Assembly (NCBI GenBank): GCA_965140445.1
Contig: OZ223236.1
Span: 2,944,001 to 3,008,000, forward strand
Length of the DNA: 64,000 nucleotides
Source: Candidatus Ozemobacteraceae bacterium
GTDB lineage: Bacteria > Muiribacteriota > Ozemobacteria > Ozemobacterales > Ozemobacteraceae
Reading direction: 5' to 3'
Below the pieces are notes generated by a model. That model searched no databases. It was not told the DNA's origin and saw only the letters and a list, made by a program, of their open reading frames with translations. Below are positions 49,989 to 59,118 of this stretch, piece after piece (the stretch's first letter is position 1; every line of letters begins with the position of its first letter). The position numbers were made by a program, and so were the translations under genes.

Positions 49989-50199
49989 CTTTAACCTCTC
50001 AAGAGAAATAAACTTTTATCTGAATATATATAACTAATTTTTTTTAATTTTTGAACAAAAAAGCAATTTTCAATACAAGGATAATGATAAAAAAAAAACT
50101 TTATTTGCGCTATAGCGCAAGATTTCTGTTAGATTCAAATAGATTTTATTTGATTGTTAAAAAACTGCGACTTTTGTCATGGTTTTACGGGAGTAAATA

Positions 50200-50625
50200 A
50201 TGACCAGAAATTGTATTGTAAGGTTTGCTGTTAAAGAAGATATAAAGCAGCTGTTAGTCGTAGATCCATGGCCAAGGGATGATGTGTGGGCCATGAAGGT
50301 TGCTGCCAAAGAAGTTGTTGTTTTGGATAACGATGGTTTAATCGTAGGACTTGCCAGGTTTTCCTTGCTCTGGACAACGGTTCCGTTTCTGGGGTTAATC
50401 TGTATTAATTCAAAATTCAGAGGAAAAGGATATTCTCGCGAGATGCTTGAATTTTTGCAGAATGATTTGAGAGAGCAAGGATATGTTGTTCTACTTAGCT
50501 CTTCACAAACAAACGAACCAGAACCTCAGGAATGGCACAGGAAAATGGGTTTTAAATCCAATGGAATCATAGAAAACATTGCTGATGATGATATTGGTGA
50601 AGTGGTTTTTCGTAAAATTTTATAA
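50200..50625 (+). CDS. GNAT acetyltransferase
   Basis: FRGKGY, SSQTNEPEPQEWHRKMGF. Confidence 0.88.
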   Translation: MTRNCIVRFAVKEDIKQLLVVDPWPRDDVWAMKVAAKEVVVLDNDGLIVGLARFSLLWTTVPFLGLICINSKFRGKGYSREMLEFLQNDLREQGYVVLLSSSQTNEPEPQEWHRKMGFKSNGIIENIADDDIGEVVFRKIL

Positions 50626-50650
50626 ACAGGCGAATTTAGAGAAGCAAAAT

Positions 50651-51433
50651 CTACTGCTTCTGAATCATATCGACCTTTATTAAATATTGGTGTTGGATGA
50701 ATCCGGTATTGCTGGTTTTACTGACATTTATTGATTTATTATCTCCGCCTACCTGAAATCCTTGAACAGGTGTTTTGGATGATCTGTTCTCTGTGTTCCC
50801 CCCGATGGAAAACCATGTTCCTATAGGAACTTCAAGCGAAGTAAGCAATGCTTCAGATTTATCAAAATCTCCATGGGCATACCAGACTTCCACAATGACC
50901 GTATTACCAGAAGCCAGATGTCCTGAAATTTTAAGACCTCTGGTTGTTGTGATTACGTTAGATTCAGGGCCATACCAGGTTGGAACGGTAAATACCCTTA
51001 GGGTTTCATCTGTTAACGCAGCCTTTGCAAACTCCATGGTAGTAATGTTTCGGACCTCGTCTGATCGCGATTTTATGATTGAGGTTTGCCGGTTAAAGCC
51101 ACCTTTAGCCCCAAACTTTGCTTCTGTGGTATCAATTTTTGTTTTATCATTGCCCATACGCTTAATACTGAATTTTAGCATTGCGGGTTTTCTATCTAAT
51201 GAGCGGATTAATCGTTCTACTGCAGCATAATCTCTGTCCATCTCTGTTTTTACAATTATTCCATTGATCATTGGAGCGGCAGTAACTGTGACTGTCCCAG
51301 GGAATAGCTTCTGAATGACACCAACCACACTCTCAGGTTTTGCATAGTTAAGCTTTATGATTTCAAGTCTTGCAAACAGAGTAATTGGCAATAATATTAA
51401 AAGGGCCAGTATCAGGCCTGTAAATCTATTCAT
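50651..51433 (-). CDS. Short secretin-N (NolW-like) domain protein
   Basis: Signal peptide; IIKLNYAKPESV...NGIIV...VERLIRSLDRKP. Confidence 0.7.
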   Translation of the reverse strand: MNRFTGLILALLILLPITLFARLEIIKLNYAKPESVVGVIQKLFPGTVTVTAAPMINGIIVKTEMDRDYAAVERLIRSLDRKPAMLKFSIKRMGNDKTKIDTTEAKFGAKGGFNRQTSIIKSRSDEVRNITTMEFAKAALTDETLRVFTVPTWYGPESNVITTTRGLKISGHLASGNTVIVEVWYAHGDFDKSEALLTSLEVPIGTWFSIGGNTENRSSKTPVQGFQVGGDNKSINVSKTSNTGFIQHQYLIKVDMIQKQ

Positions 51434-51469
51434 AGAACCTCCTGAATTTTTTATCCACCTTAACTATAA

Positions 51470-53062
51470 TCATGGAATTTTTGAGAGGTTTCCACAAGAG
51501 CCATTTCTTCGAAAATCGGCGTAAGAATGCAACTGGTTACCATAAGAGGCAATAGCAGTAACAAGGCCAAAGTAGTCGTCACCGATTGGTCTCAAATTAG
51601 ATAACGACCTTCCAGAATCAGGGAAGTTTTTAAGATTTAGATCAGGACTCCACTCTAGCTGCAAAACATTTTTATAATCCATAAAAAATCTTGGGGAAAG
51701 AAGCGTTTTACCCAGAGAGTTTTCATCTTTTATATAGGCGGCAGCATTAAGGGCGGTATTGGTAATGATCCTATTTGAGCCAGCTCCGCCAATAGCAAGA
51801 ACAGGAACGCCATGCTTTTTTATTATGATAGGAGACTTGGATGAGAGAGGGCCAAAATTTGCCGGATAGTTCTTAGGGTATTTAGCAACAGATTCGGTAA
51901 AGTTACGCATTTCATTGTTGTAAAAGAAACCGAGAGGAGAAAGGTTACCAGTCCCGAAGTGGCTGCCAAGAGTCAAAGTCATGGTAACTATATAGCCATT
52001 TTTATCCCATACGCATAGATGTGTGGTCTGTGAATCGTTACGGTCACCGGTATCATCGCCTTGCTTAATTTGGGGGGCAAGGGTTTCAAGATTAAGATAA
52101 GCCTGGTCGTTGCCTATGAACGAGGTCAGATAGGCATATTTATGGTCGAGATACTTTCGATTAATTGAAGAGATATCAGAGTATTCCTCGTAGCTTTTTG
52201 GGGAGAGATGGTAATTAGCAGACACCAGCTCTTTAATCAATTTGATGGTTACGACTGAGCTTGAGGGTAGCGGGGTGCCAAAAATTTCAAAGGGCCCAAT
52301 TGAAGATTTAACAGGTGTAGTAAGCTTGCTTCTGTATCCGGCAAGGTCTTTTTGAGAATATTTTGAGCCGAGTTTGTTCATATGCCGAATTAGCAGTTTT
52401 GCATTGTTGCCATGATAGAAACCAGCGGTTCCATTCTCTGAAAGGTCTTTTAATGTGGAGGCGAGTGCGGGCTGCTTGAATAGTTGTCCTGAAATCAGAG
52501 GAATTCCGTTGGGGCAGAGCTGTTCTATCGCTGCCTGGTCAAGTTTTTTTATCAGGCTTTTTCTAATGACTGATTCTATGTAAGAGTCCAGTTTAAAACC
52601 GTTTTGAGCGTAATTGACCGCAGGTGCGAGAAGTTTCTCTCTGGATTTGGTTCCATAAATTCTATGGAGTTTAAGCAAGAATTCAGGAATCGTTGGAATA
52701 CCAATGTAATTTAACCCCTCTTCGGCTGGCCTGCTTATTGATGCATCCCATGCATGGATATTTCCGCCGGGTAAATGGATAAGAGCGAAGCCGTCGCCCC
52801 CAAGGCCAGAGTTGGAAAAGTCTGTCACTCCAAGCACAAAAGCAACTGCTATTGCTGCATCAATTGCATTCCCGCCTTGTTCAAGGATCTTAATGCCTGC
52901 ATGAGTGGCAAGTGGATGACCGCTTGAAACTGCACCGAAATTTCCCTGTCCTGAAAATGTTCTTTGATAATTGTCGGCCATGCATTTTTGTAAAAGTAAT
53001 ACCAGTATAAATATTAAAATGGTGGCGGCCTGTTTTTGTGCTGAATTTGTCATTGTTTCCAT
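51470..53062 (-). CDS. ggt: Gamma-glutamyltransferase family protein
   Basis: HPLAT.AG..IL.QGGNAIDAA, SGLGGDGF, TTHL nucleophile, NNEM, GGAGS. Confidence 0.88.
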   Translation of the reverse strand: METMTNSAQKQAATILIFILVLLLQKCMADNYQRTFSGQGNFGAVSSGHPLATHAGIKILEQGGNAIDAAIAVAFVLGVTDFSNSGLGGDGFALIHLPGGNIHAWDASISRPAEEGLNYIGIPTIPEFLLKLHRIYGTKSREKLLAPAVNYAQNGFKLDSYIESVIRKSLIKKLDQAAIEQLCPNGIPLISGQLFKQPALASTLKDLSENGTAGFYHGNNAKLLIRHMNKLGSKYSQKDLAGYRSKLTTPVKSSIGPFEIFGTPLPSSSVVTIKLIKELVSANYHLSPKSYEEYSDISSINRKYLDHKYAYLTSFIGNDQAYLNLETLAPQIKQGDDTGDRNDSQTTHLCVWDKNGYIVTMTLTLGSHFGTGNLSPLGFFYNNEMRNFTESVAKYPKNYPANFGPLSSKSPIIIKKHGVPVLAIGGAGSNRIITNTALNAAAYIKDENSLGKTLLSPRFFMDYKNVLQLEWSPDLNLKNFPDSGRSLSNLRPIGDDYFGLVTAIASYGNQLHSYADFRRNGSCGNLSKIP

Positions 53063-53065
53063 CCT

Positions 53066-55963
53066 TTAAGCTTTATAAATAAAAGCTTCGATTTCCTGGG
53101 TTTTTCCTTTTACTTTGTTTACATCAAGTTTCGCAAAGCTCTGTTGAACTTTTAATTCAGATTTGGTTTGCCCTGAAACAACAATTTTGCTTCCGTCACA
53201 GTTTTGGGCCAGGGCTGCTAAGCGAGCAGCAAGGTTTACCGGATCGCCAACAATAGTTTCTGAGAGCCTGACGTCTTCAGCTCCCATAACTGCTGAAACG
53301 ACTTTGCCTGTATTAATTCCTATTGCTAAATCGTGGTTGGTTAACCTTGCAAAATTCTGCTTTAGTTCCAGTGCTAACTTAAGTGCTCTTTCTGCAGATG
53401 ATAACTTTTGGTTAGGGTAATCTTCAAAAACTATCATTACTTTATCTTCAATCATTTTGTCGATTTCGCCATGAAAGGTTTTTGAAAGCTTTTCTGTCTC
53501 TGAAAGGTGAGTTTGTAAAATTGAAAAAAGCTCATCGGTTGGAAGTTTAGTTAAAAGATTTTTAAAAGAAAGAATGCTGGAAAAAACAACAGTAACCATT
53601 TTTACTGTTGCCTGTGAAGATTGATCAGGGTTTTGTAGAACCATATTTTCGACGCTGTCAGATACGTATGTGCTCAATAGCCGTCCTTCTTCCAGACCTC
53701 TTGCCATTTTATTGAAAACTTTTGAGATTTCACCAAATTCATCTGAGTGTGATTCGTCTAGCCGCACTCCGTAGTTATCTGAAATTATCTGTTTTGTAGC
53801 AAAAGTGAGTTGTCGGATCGGAAGTGCGAAATAGTAAGTTGTAACAAAAGAAATAACAACCAGGGTAAGTAATAAAATACCGATCCAAAAGTCTGTTTGC
53901 TGTTTTAGTTCTTTTTGTATACTTCCAAGGCTTTTTGTAAACCTTTTTCCAGCTAATACATACTCACAGCTTCTTAAAGGTAAAGCTAAAAGAATGTATG
54001 ATTCTGATGCGTTGGAAGAGGTCGCAGCTATTTTTGCTTTTGCCAGGTGAGATTTTTTTGCAAGAGCAGCTAGCTCGGGAAAGTCAGCTGAAATCCTGTT
54101 AATATCACCAGGCTCTGCTTTAAAGTAATCTGCTGTACCAAACAATGCGATGGTTGGTTTATCTTTTTTAAGACTTAATTTATCGTGTGGGAAAGGATTT
54201 CTTAAATGTTTTGAGTTTAGTAAGTAGGTAAGAATGTATTTATTCGCTCCATTTCGGGAGATCGGTATTGATACGAGAAAGTTCTGATCGAAAAAGGTAT
54301 CAACCTTGATAACAGAGCCTATATTCTCTTTTAATTTAAAGTAGGCTTTTTGCCCTGAAAGGTTTAAGTAGAGTTTGTCAAAAAGCTCTTCTTTTAAACT
54401 GTTAAATTTGATTTTTTCATTATCATTTCTTACTTTAGTCTTTGTTCTGGAGAGAAACTCTGCAAACCTGGGCTTAAAAGCTTCCTGGAACAATGGGTTA
54501 TTTATTTCGGCTTTATGGTAATTTGAATCTAAGCTTTGCCAACAAAAGAAATCTTTATTAAGCTCATATCCCCAAACCTGATGTACCGGAGGGTGATTAA
54601 AAGTTTTAAGGACCTTGTTTAAAAAGGCTAGCGAAAGTTCTTTTATGCTTTTATCTGGTGAAAGGCCGACGAAATTAGCTATTTTTTCGGTTGAATTATA
54701 TTTTCTAAAGGTTGTTATAAGCTTTTCGATATTTTCAAAATTTTTGAGATCAAGATTTACTAAATCTTCATTCAATTCTTCCCCGGACTTGTTTTTCTCT
54801 AACTGAAACCGGGAAACTATGTATTCATTTGAAAGATTGATTGCTCCGACTAAGGGCAAAATGTTTATAGATAAGAAGATAAAGAATAAAAATGATCCAA
54901 GTGAAAGTTTTATTGATCGGCCAGAAATTAAGTGTTCAGCGTAGATTTTAACCAGAAATGTGGCAAAGATTCCAGCCATAGCGATTAGCAATTGAAGATC
55001 CATGCGTTTTTCAAAATCTGGTAGCTTTGTGACCACTGCGATCCGATATTCGCGTTGAGGAGAAAATGGAACAGCAGAAAACAAAAAATCATCAACGTTG
55101 GAAGTTACAAATCTTTCGGGGTTTTGTTTTACTGCTTTTATGATTCTTAAGGTTTTTAGCGGGATCTTTTTAATATATGAACTGGCTATAACTTTTTGAT
55201 CTTTGTGAACTGTTTGAGTTTCTTTTTTATTGGGAATAAATAAAATACCAAAATTATTATTATTAAAATTTTTGACAATTTTTTTTACAGAAATTTTTTC
55301 AGAAGAACCGGGATACCTGAGTTCAATAAAAAATGTGTAGTATTGGCTGTGTTTTGCAATTATGTATGTTTTTAATGGTTGTTCAGGACTTCTGAGATGA
55401 TAGTAGGAAATTTTGGAACTATCACCAGCTTTTAGTGGCCCCATGTCGAAGAAACAATTATATTTCTGCTTCAGGTGTTGATAAATTTCGTGCCTGAGCT
55501 GTTCTCGTATAGGCTTGGAAATTCTAGGATCTGAATATTTATAAAGCTTGTTGGTAATTTCTATAAACCGACTGGACGTTGCTATTTTTCCGTTTTTGAA
55601 AAAATGCATGTCACACTTGTTATTTCTCTCTGTTTGTAGACAAATTTCGGACTCGTTATAATTTTGAGAAAAGGATTTCAGGAAGCTAATCAGACGCTTT
55701 TCCATGTTACCGCTTTTTCTCTGGTCTTCGTAGCTATCTACAGCTTCCAGCGTAGATTTAAATACTCCAATTTCTCTTATAGGAGGAAAAAATGGGGAAA
55801 AAATCTTATTGTTATTTTGAATAATTCTGGAAATCTGAATTTCTAATTCAGAGATCTTTTCATCTCTGATTTGTTTTCTGTACTGGGTTAAAGACATCCA
55901 TAAAATAATAAATGGAATAAAAGCAAAAATGGCAAAAGAGATTACTTTAAGGATTTTTTTCAA
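53066..55963 (-). CDS. Membrane-bound HAMP-class III cyclase, C2-like half
   Basis: TMs, HAMP (DEFGEISKVFNKM), cyclase FSSILSF / DKMIED / ETIVGDPVNLAARL / KVKGK. Confidence 0.88.
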   Translation of the reverse strand: MKKILKVISFAIFAFIPFIILWMSLTQYRKQIRDEKISELEIQISRIIQNNNKIFSPFFPPIREIGVFKSTLEAVDSYEDQRKSGNMEKRLISFLKSFSQNYNESEICLQTERNNKCDMHFFKNGKIATSSRFIEITNKLYKYSDPRISKPIREQLRHEIYQHLKQKYNCFFDMGPLKAGDSSKISYYHLRSPEQPLKTYIIAKHSQYYTFFIELRYPGSSEKISVKKIVKNFNNNNFGILFIPNKKETQTVHKDQKVIASSYIKKIPLKTLRIIKAVKQNPERFVTSNVDDFLFSAVPFSPQREYRIAVVTKLPDFEKRMDLQLLIAMAGIFATFLVKIYAEHLISGRSIKLSLGSFLFFIFLSINILPLVGAINLSNEYIVSRFQLEKNKSGEELNEDLVNLDLKNFENIEKLITTFRKYNSTEKIANFVGLSPDKSIKELSLAFLNKVLKTFNHPPVHQVWGYELNKDFFCWQSLDSNYHKAEINNPLFQEAFKPRFAEFLSRTKTKVRNDNEKIKFNSLKEELFDKLYLNLSGQKAYFKLKENIGSVIKVDTFFDQNFLVSIPISRNGANKYILTYLLNSKHLRNPFPHDKLSLKKDKPTIALFGTADYFKAEPGDINRISADFPELAALAKKSHLAKAKIAATSSNASESYILLALPLRSCEYVLAGKRFTKSLGSIQKELKQQTDFWIGILLLTLVVISFVTTYYFALPIRQLTFATKQIISDNYGVRLDESHSDEFGEISKVFNKMARGLEEGRLLSTYVSDSVENMVLQNPDQSSQATVKMVTVVFSSILSFKNLLTKLPTDELFSILQTHLSETEKLSKTFHGEIDKMIEDKVMIVFEDYPNQKLSSAERALKLALELKQNFARLTNHDLAIGINTGKVVSAVMGAEDVRLSETIVGDPVNLAARLAALAQNCDGSKIVVSGQTKSELKVQQSFAKLDVNKVKGKTQEIEAFIYKA

Positions 55964-58910
55964 TTTTTACCTCTTTTGGTTCCATTTTTTTTATCTCTAA
56001 ATGGCTTGTTTCATCAAGGGAAACATAGTCAAAACCTGAAACAGGAAAGTCTTTAAATGAACTTTCCATGATGATTTTCATGTATTTACCCTTTTTACTT
56101 AGGGTTTCCAGGTTTTCCGCTGAAGTCCTTGCATTGCCAAGAACTATAAATTCGGATCTTGAAATGCCTTTAATTGCACCGGCCAGAACATTGCCATATG
56201 CAATTCCGACTCCTATTTCTATCTTTGGACTATTTGAAGAATTATTACTCATGGCATTTTCGTGTGATAATCGCATTTTGATTGCAGCATTCAAAGCATT
56301 GGTGCGACTAATCAACTCCGAGACGCTGTTAGGAAAGAAAGCAACAATTGCATCCCCAATGAATTGTTCAACCTGTCCATCAAATTGCTGAATGACTTTA
56401 ACCATTCTTTCGAGATGCTCATTAAGCATCTTTGCTAAGAGGGTGGGGGAAATGGATTCAGAAAGAGTTGTAAAGTCACGTATATCGCAAAAAAGGATTG
56501 TCCCGTATATTGATTGAGATTTTTCAAGTTCATTTGCTCCAAACCCTTTTGCAAGGTTCTCTTCAAGTGTTTTTGAAACAAATTTGCCAAGTCTCAAGCG
56601 CTTTTTAAAACCCTGAGTCATTACATTTATGGTTTCAGCAAGGGTTCCTAATTCATCTGTTCGCTTAAGGTCAAGTTTGGAGTCAAGATTACCATTACTA
56701 ATTAACAAAATTGTTTCTTTAACTTTTCCAAGAGGTAATAGAAGATGGGAAGTTGCTATGGAAGATAGTATAAACATAAAAGTTATAACCAGGATTGAAA
56801 AGCATATCAGAGCAAGCTCTTTTAAATCTTTGGCTTTGTTTAAACCATCAAGAGATATTATGCTACAAGCACAAATCTCATCAATGCTATTTAACGGAGA
56901 AAAATAGAAAATAGAATTTTTGGTTCTTAAAAATGTTTCATACTCTGAATTTTTGCAATATTTCATGAAATTAAAAGCGAGTTTACCGTTTGTGCTATTT
57001 AAAAAATTGGAGCTTTTTAATGGGAAAAGATAAAAATCAGAATTTGGTTTTTCGGTTGCCCCCAAAAAAAAGGATGAATTGGCAAAATTTAGTGAGTTTA
57101 GCTCTTTTTCAACAAACTGCATTTTTAAGCGCTTAGAATTTACAATAAAATTTACGAGTTTTTCTATTTCATTGTTTACAGTGAAAATCATTGAATAGAA
57201 AAAATCTTTTTTTCCTCCGCCCAAAGACAGATAATTTTCTTTTTCATATGTCGTAAGAAAAATTTCTTCTAAAAAGTCTTTGCCAACGTTTTTCAAAATG
57301 GAATGCCAGTTCTTTTGGGTTCCATTCATTTGAATCTGTTTTTCTGGATTTGGCTTGGATAACAATTGAAAAACTTTGTAGCAAGACGGAGCCATTAAAT
57401 CTAATGTGACTTTAGCGGTGTCTCTTATGGCCTTACTTCCTATGAAGTTTTTTGCGGGCTCATTGGGTGAGGCTGAAACCATATAGTCAATTGCCAGATT
57501 CCTTTTGGAAAGAAATTTAGCAAGGGTATGGAAACCTTTTTGTTGATCAATTTCAGAATTACTGAGAAACAAATTTAAAATGTTGGTTTTATTAAAAGCT
57601 TTGATAACATTCAGACCAAAAATAGGCAAAAGGCCGTTGCTTTTTTCATTAATTGAGGAAAGCAACCTTGAATGCCTTTGTCTGGCTTCAATTAGACCTG
57701 CCTTATAGCTATCATTGATTAATCTGCTGCCCGCAATATTGAGAATTGCTATTGGAATTAATCCAGAAAGAAAAAATAACATGCGAAAAGAAAATTTAAG
57801 TGGCAGCCCAACAGCACCATTTACAAGATAAAAGTAGGCAATTATAAAAAACCACATAAAAGCTAAAATTGCTCGATCTCTATTGTAATTAACCTCTTTA
57901 AGGGCAAAGCTTTTTGGGATTGGCGCAAAAATGATTGATTTATAAGGAATATCGATAGAAAAATTGCCAATTTGAAAAACATAACCTCCAAGTTCAAAAA
58001 TGTATTTTTGAACGCTTTTAATTGAGTTTGGGTCTGATTGTTTTTTCAGATATTTTGATTGAACCTTTAATATTTTTTTTACCAAATCTTTTTTTTCAAT
58101 TGAATTATGTTTGAAAATTTCAGGCAAAATTATTGTCGCATCGTTACAGTCGTCGATTAAAGGTAAGAATGCTACTGCCAGTTTCTTTTGGGCTTTAATG
58201 AAAAAATTGTTTGCTGCCCTTTGGAGATTTTTTTGTTCATTTTCAAAATAATCAGCTTCAGCAATTGCTAATATTCCGCCTATACAAAAGTTTTGATAGT
58301 TTAATTTTCGCCAGTATAAGTAGCTTCTTTTTTTATTAAAATTAACTGGAGTGAACTTCCCTTCTCTGCTTAAACCAATGGATTTGGGTGAGGAGCCGTG
58401 ACCAAGAATTCCAGTTGAAAACTTTTCAAGCTTTTCTAAGTCTCTAATAGAGTAAATGTCTGGTGAAGAGAAGGAAACAAGCGATTCAAAAAGTTTACTC
58501 ATGATTCTTTTTTTGGTAATGACTTTGTTGCCAATATTTAGAGTTTTGGCAGAACCATTTTCATATTTAAAAAACCATAATTTTAGCTTATTGGATGGAC
58601 GTAAAGAAGCAATCTCATTATGAATCAGAGTTTTTAAAGAATTCTCATCTATTGTTGGGTTTAATTGATTTTCAATTTTATGACAAAGCTGCATTAATTG
58701 ATTTTGATAAATTTGTGATGCTTTGTGATGGGTGTTTAAAAATGCCTGCATGATTTTGGTTTTCTCTGACCACTGTTCTTTTTTGGCAAGAACCTCTTCC
58801 TGGTAGCTGGTGCTTAAATGGAAATGCAAAATAGCCAATAAAATGAATGAAAGACTTATTGGTAATGCTAAACCTAAAAAGTTTCTTAAGTTGTTTAAAA
58901 ATTTTTCCAT
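55947..58910 (-). CDS. Membrane-bound HAMP-class III cyclase, C1-like half
   Basis: TMs, HAMP (DELGTLAETINVM), cyclase FCDIRDFT / EQFIGDA / EFIVLGNARTSAENLE. Confidence 0.88.
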   Translation of the reverse strand: MEKFLNNLRNFLGLALPISLSFILLAILHFHLSTSYQEEVLAKKEQWSEKTKIMQAFLNTHHKASQIYQNQLMQLCHKIENQLNPTIDENSLKTLIHNEIASLRPSNKLKLWFFKYENGSAKTLNIGNKVITKKRIMSKLFESLVSFSSPDIYSIRDLEKLEKFSTGILGHGSSPKSIGLSREGKFTPVNFNKKRSYLYWRKLNYQNFCIGGILAIAEADYFENEQKNLQRAANNFFIKAQKKLAVAFLPLIDDCNDATIILPEIFKHNSIEKKDLVKKILKVQSKYLKKQSDPNSIKSVQKYIFELGGYVFQIGNFSIDIPYKSIIFAPIPKSFALKEVNYNRDRAILAFMWFFIIAYFYLVNGAVGLPLKFSFRMLFFLSGLIPIAILNIAGSRLINDSYKAGLIEARQRHSRLLSSINEKSNGLLPIFGLNVIKAFNKTNILNLFLSNSEIDQQKGFHTLAKFLSKRNLAIDYMVSASPNEPAKNFIGSKAIRDTAKVTLDLMAPSCYKVFQLLSKPNPEKQIQMNGTQKNWHSILKNVGKDFLEEIFLTTYEKENYLSLGGGKKDFFYSMIFTVNNEIEKLVNFIVNSKRLKMQFVEKELNSLNFANSSFFLGATEKPNSDFYLFPLKSSNFLNSTNGKLAFNFMKYCKNSEYETFLRTKNSIFYFSPLNSIDEICACSIISLDGLNKAKDLKELALICFSILVITFMFILSSIATSHLLLPLGKVKETILLISNGNLDSKLDLKRTDELGTLAETINVMTQGFKKRLRLGKFVSKTLEENLAKGFGANELEKSQSIYGTILFCDIRDFTTLSESISPTLLAKMLNEHLERMVKVIQQFDGQVEQFIGDAIVAFFPNSVSELISRTNALNAAIKMRLSHENAMSNNSSNSPKIEIGVGIAYGNVLAGAIKGISRSEFIVLGNARTSAENLETLSKKGKYMKIIMESSFKDFPVSGFDYVSLDETSHLEIKKMEPKEVKIEKNP

Positions 58911-59118
58911 TTTCTATTCGGGATTTATGGCTGATTTTAACTTAAAAGCGATAATAACATAACAAAAATGATTCTAAAAACTGAAATTTGTGATGCATTC
59001 TAATGGATTTTTTCGATACAAATATTGAGAAGCTAATCTGAGAGAGAGGCGAAAACAAAAGCGATAAAAAATAAGGTTTTTCTTTAGTTGAAGGCCGTAT
59101 CTTGGTATAATTTTCGCC

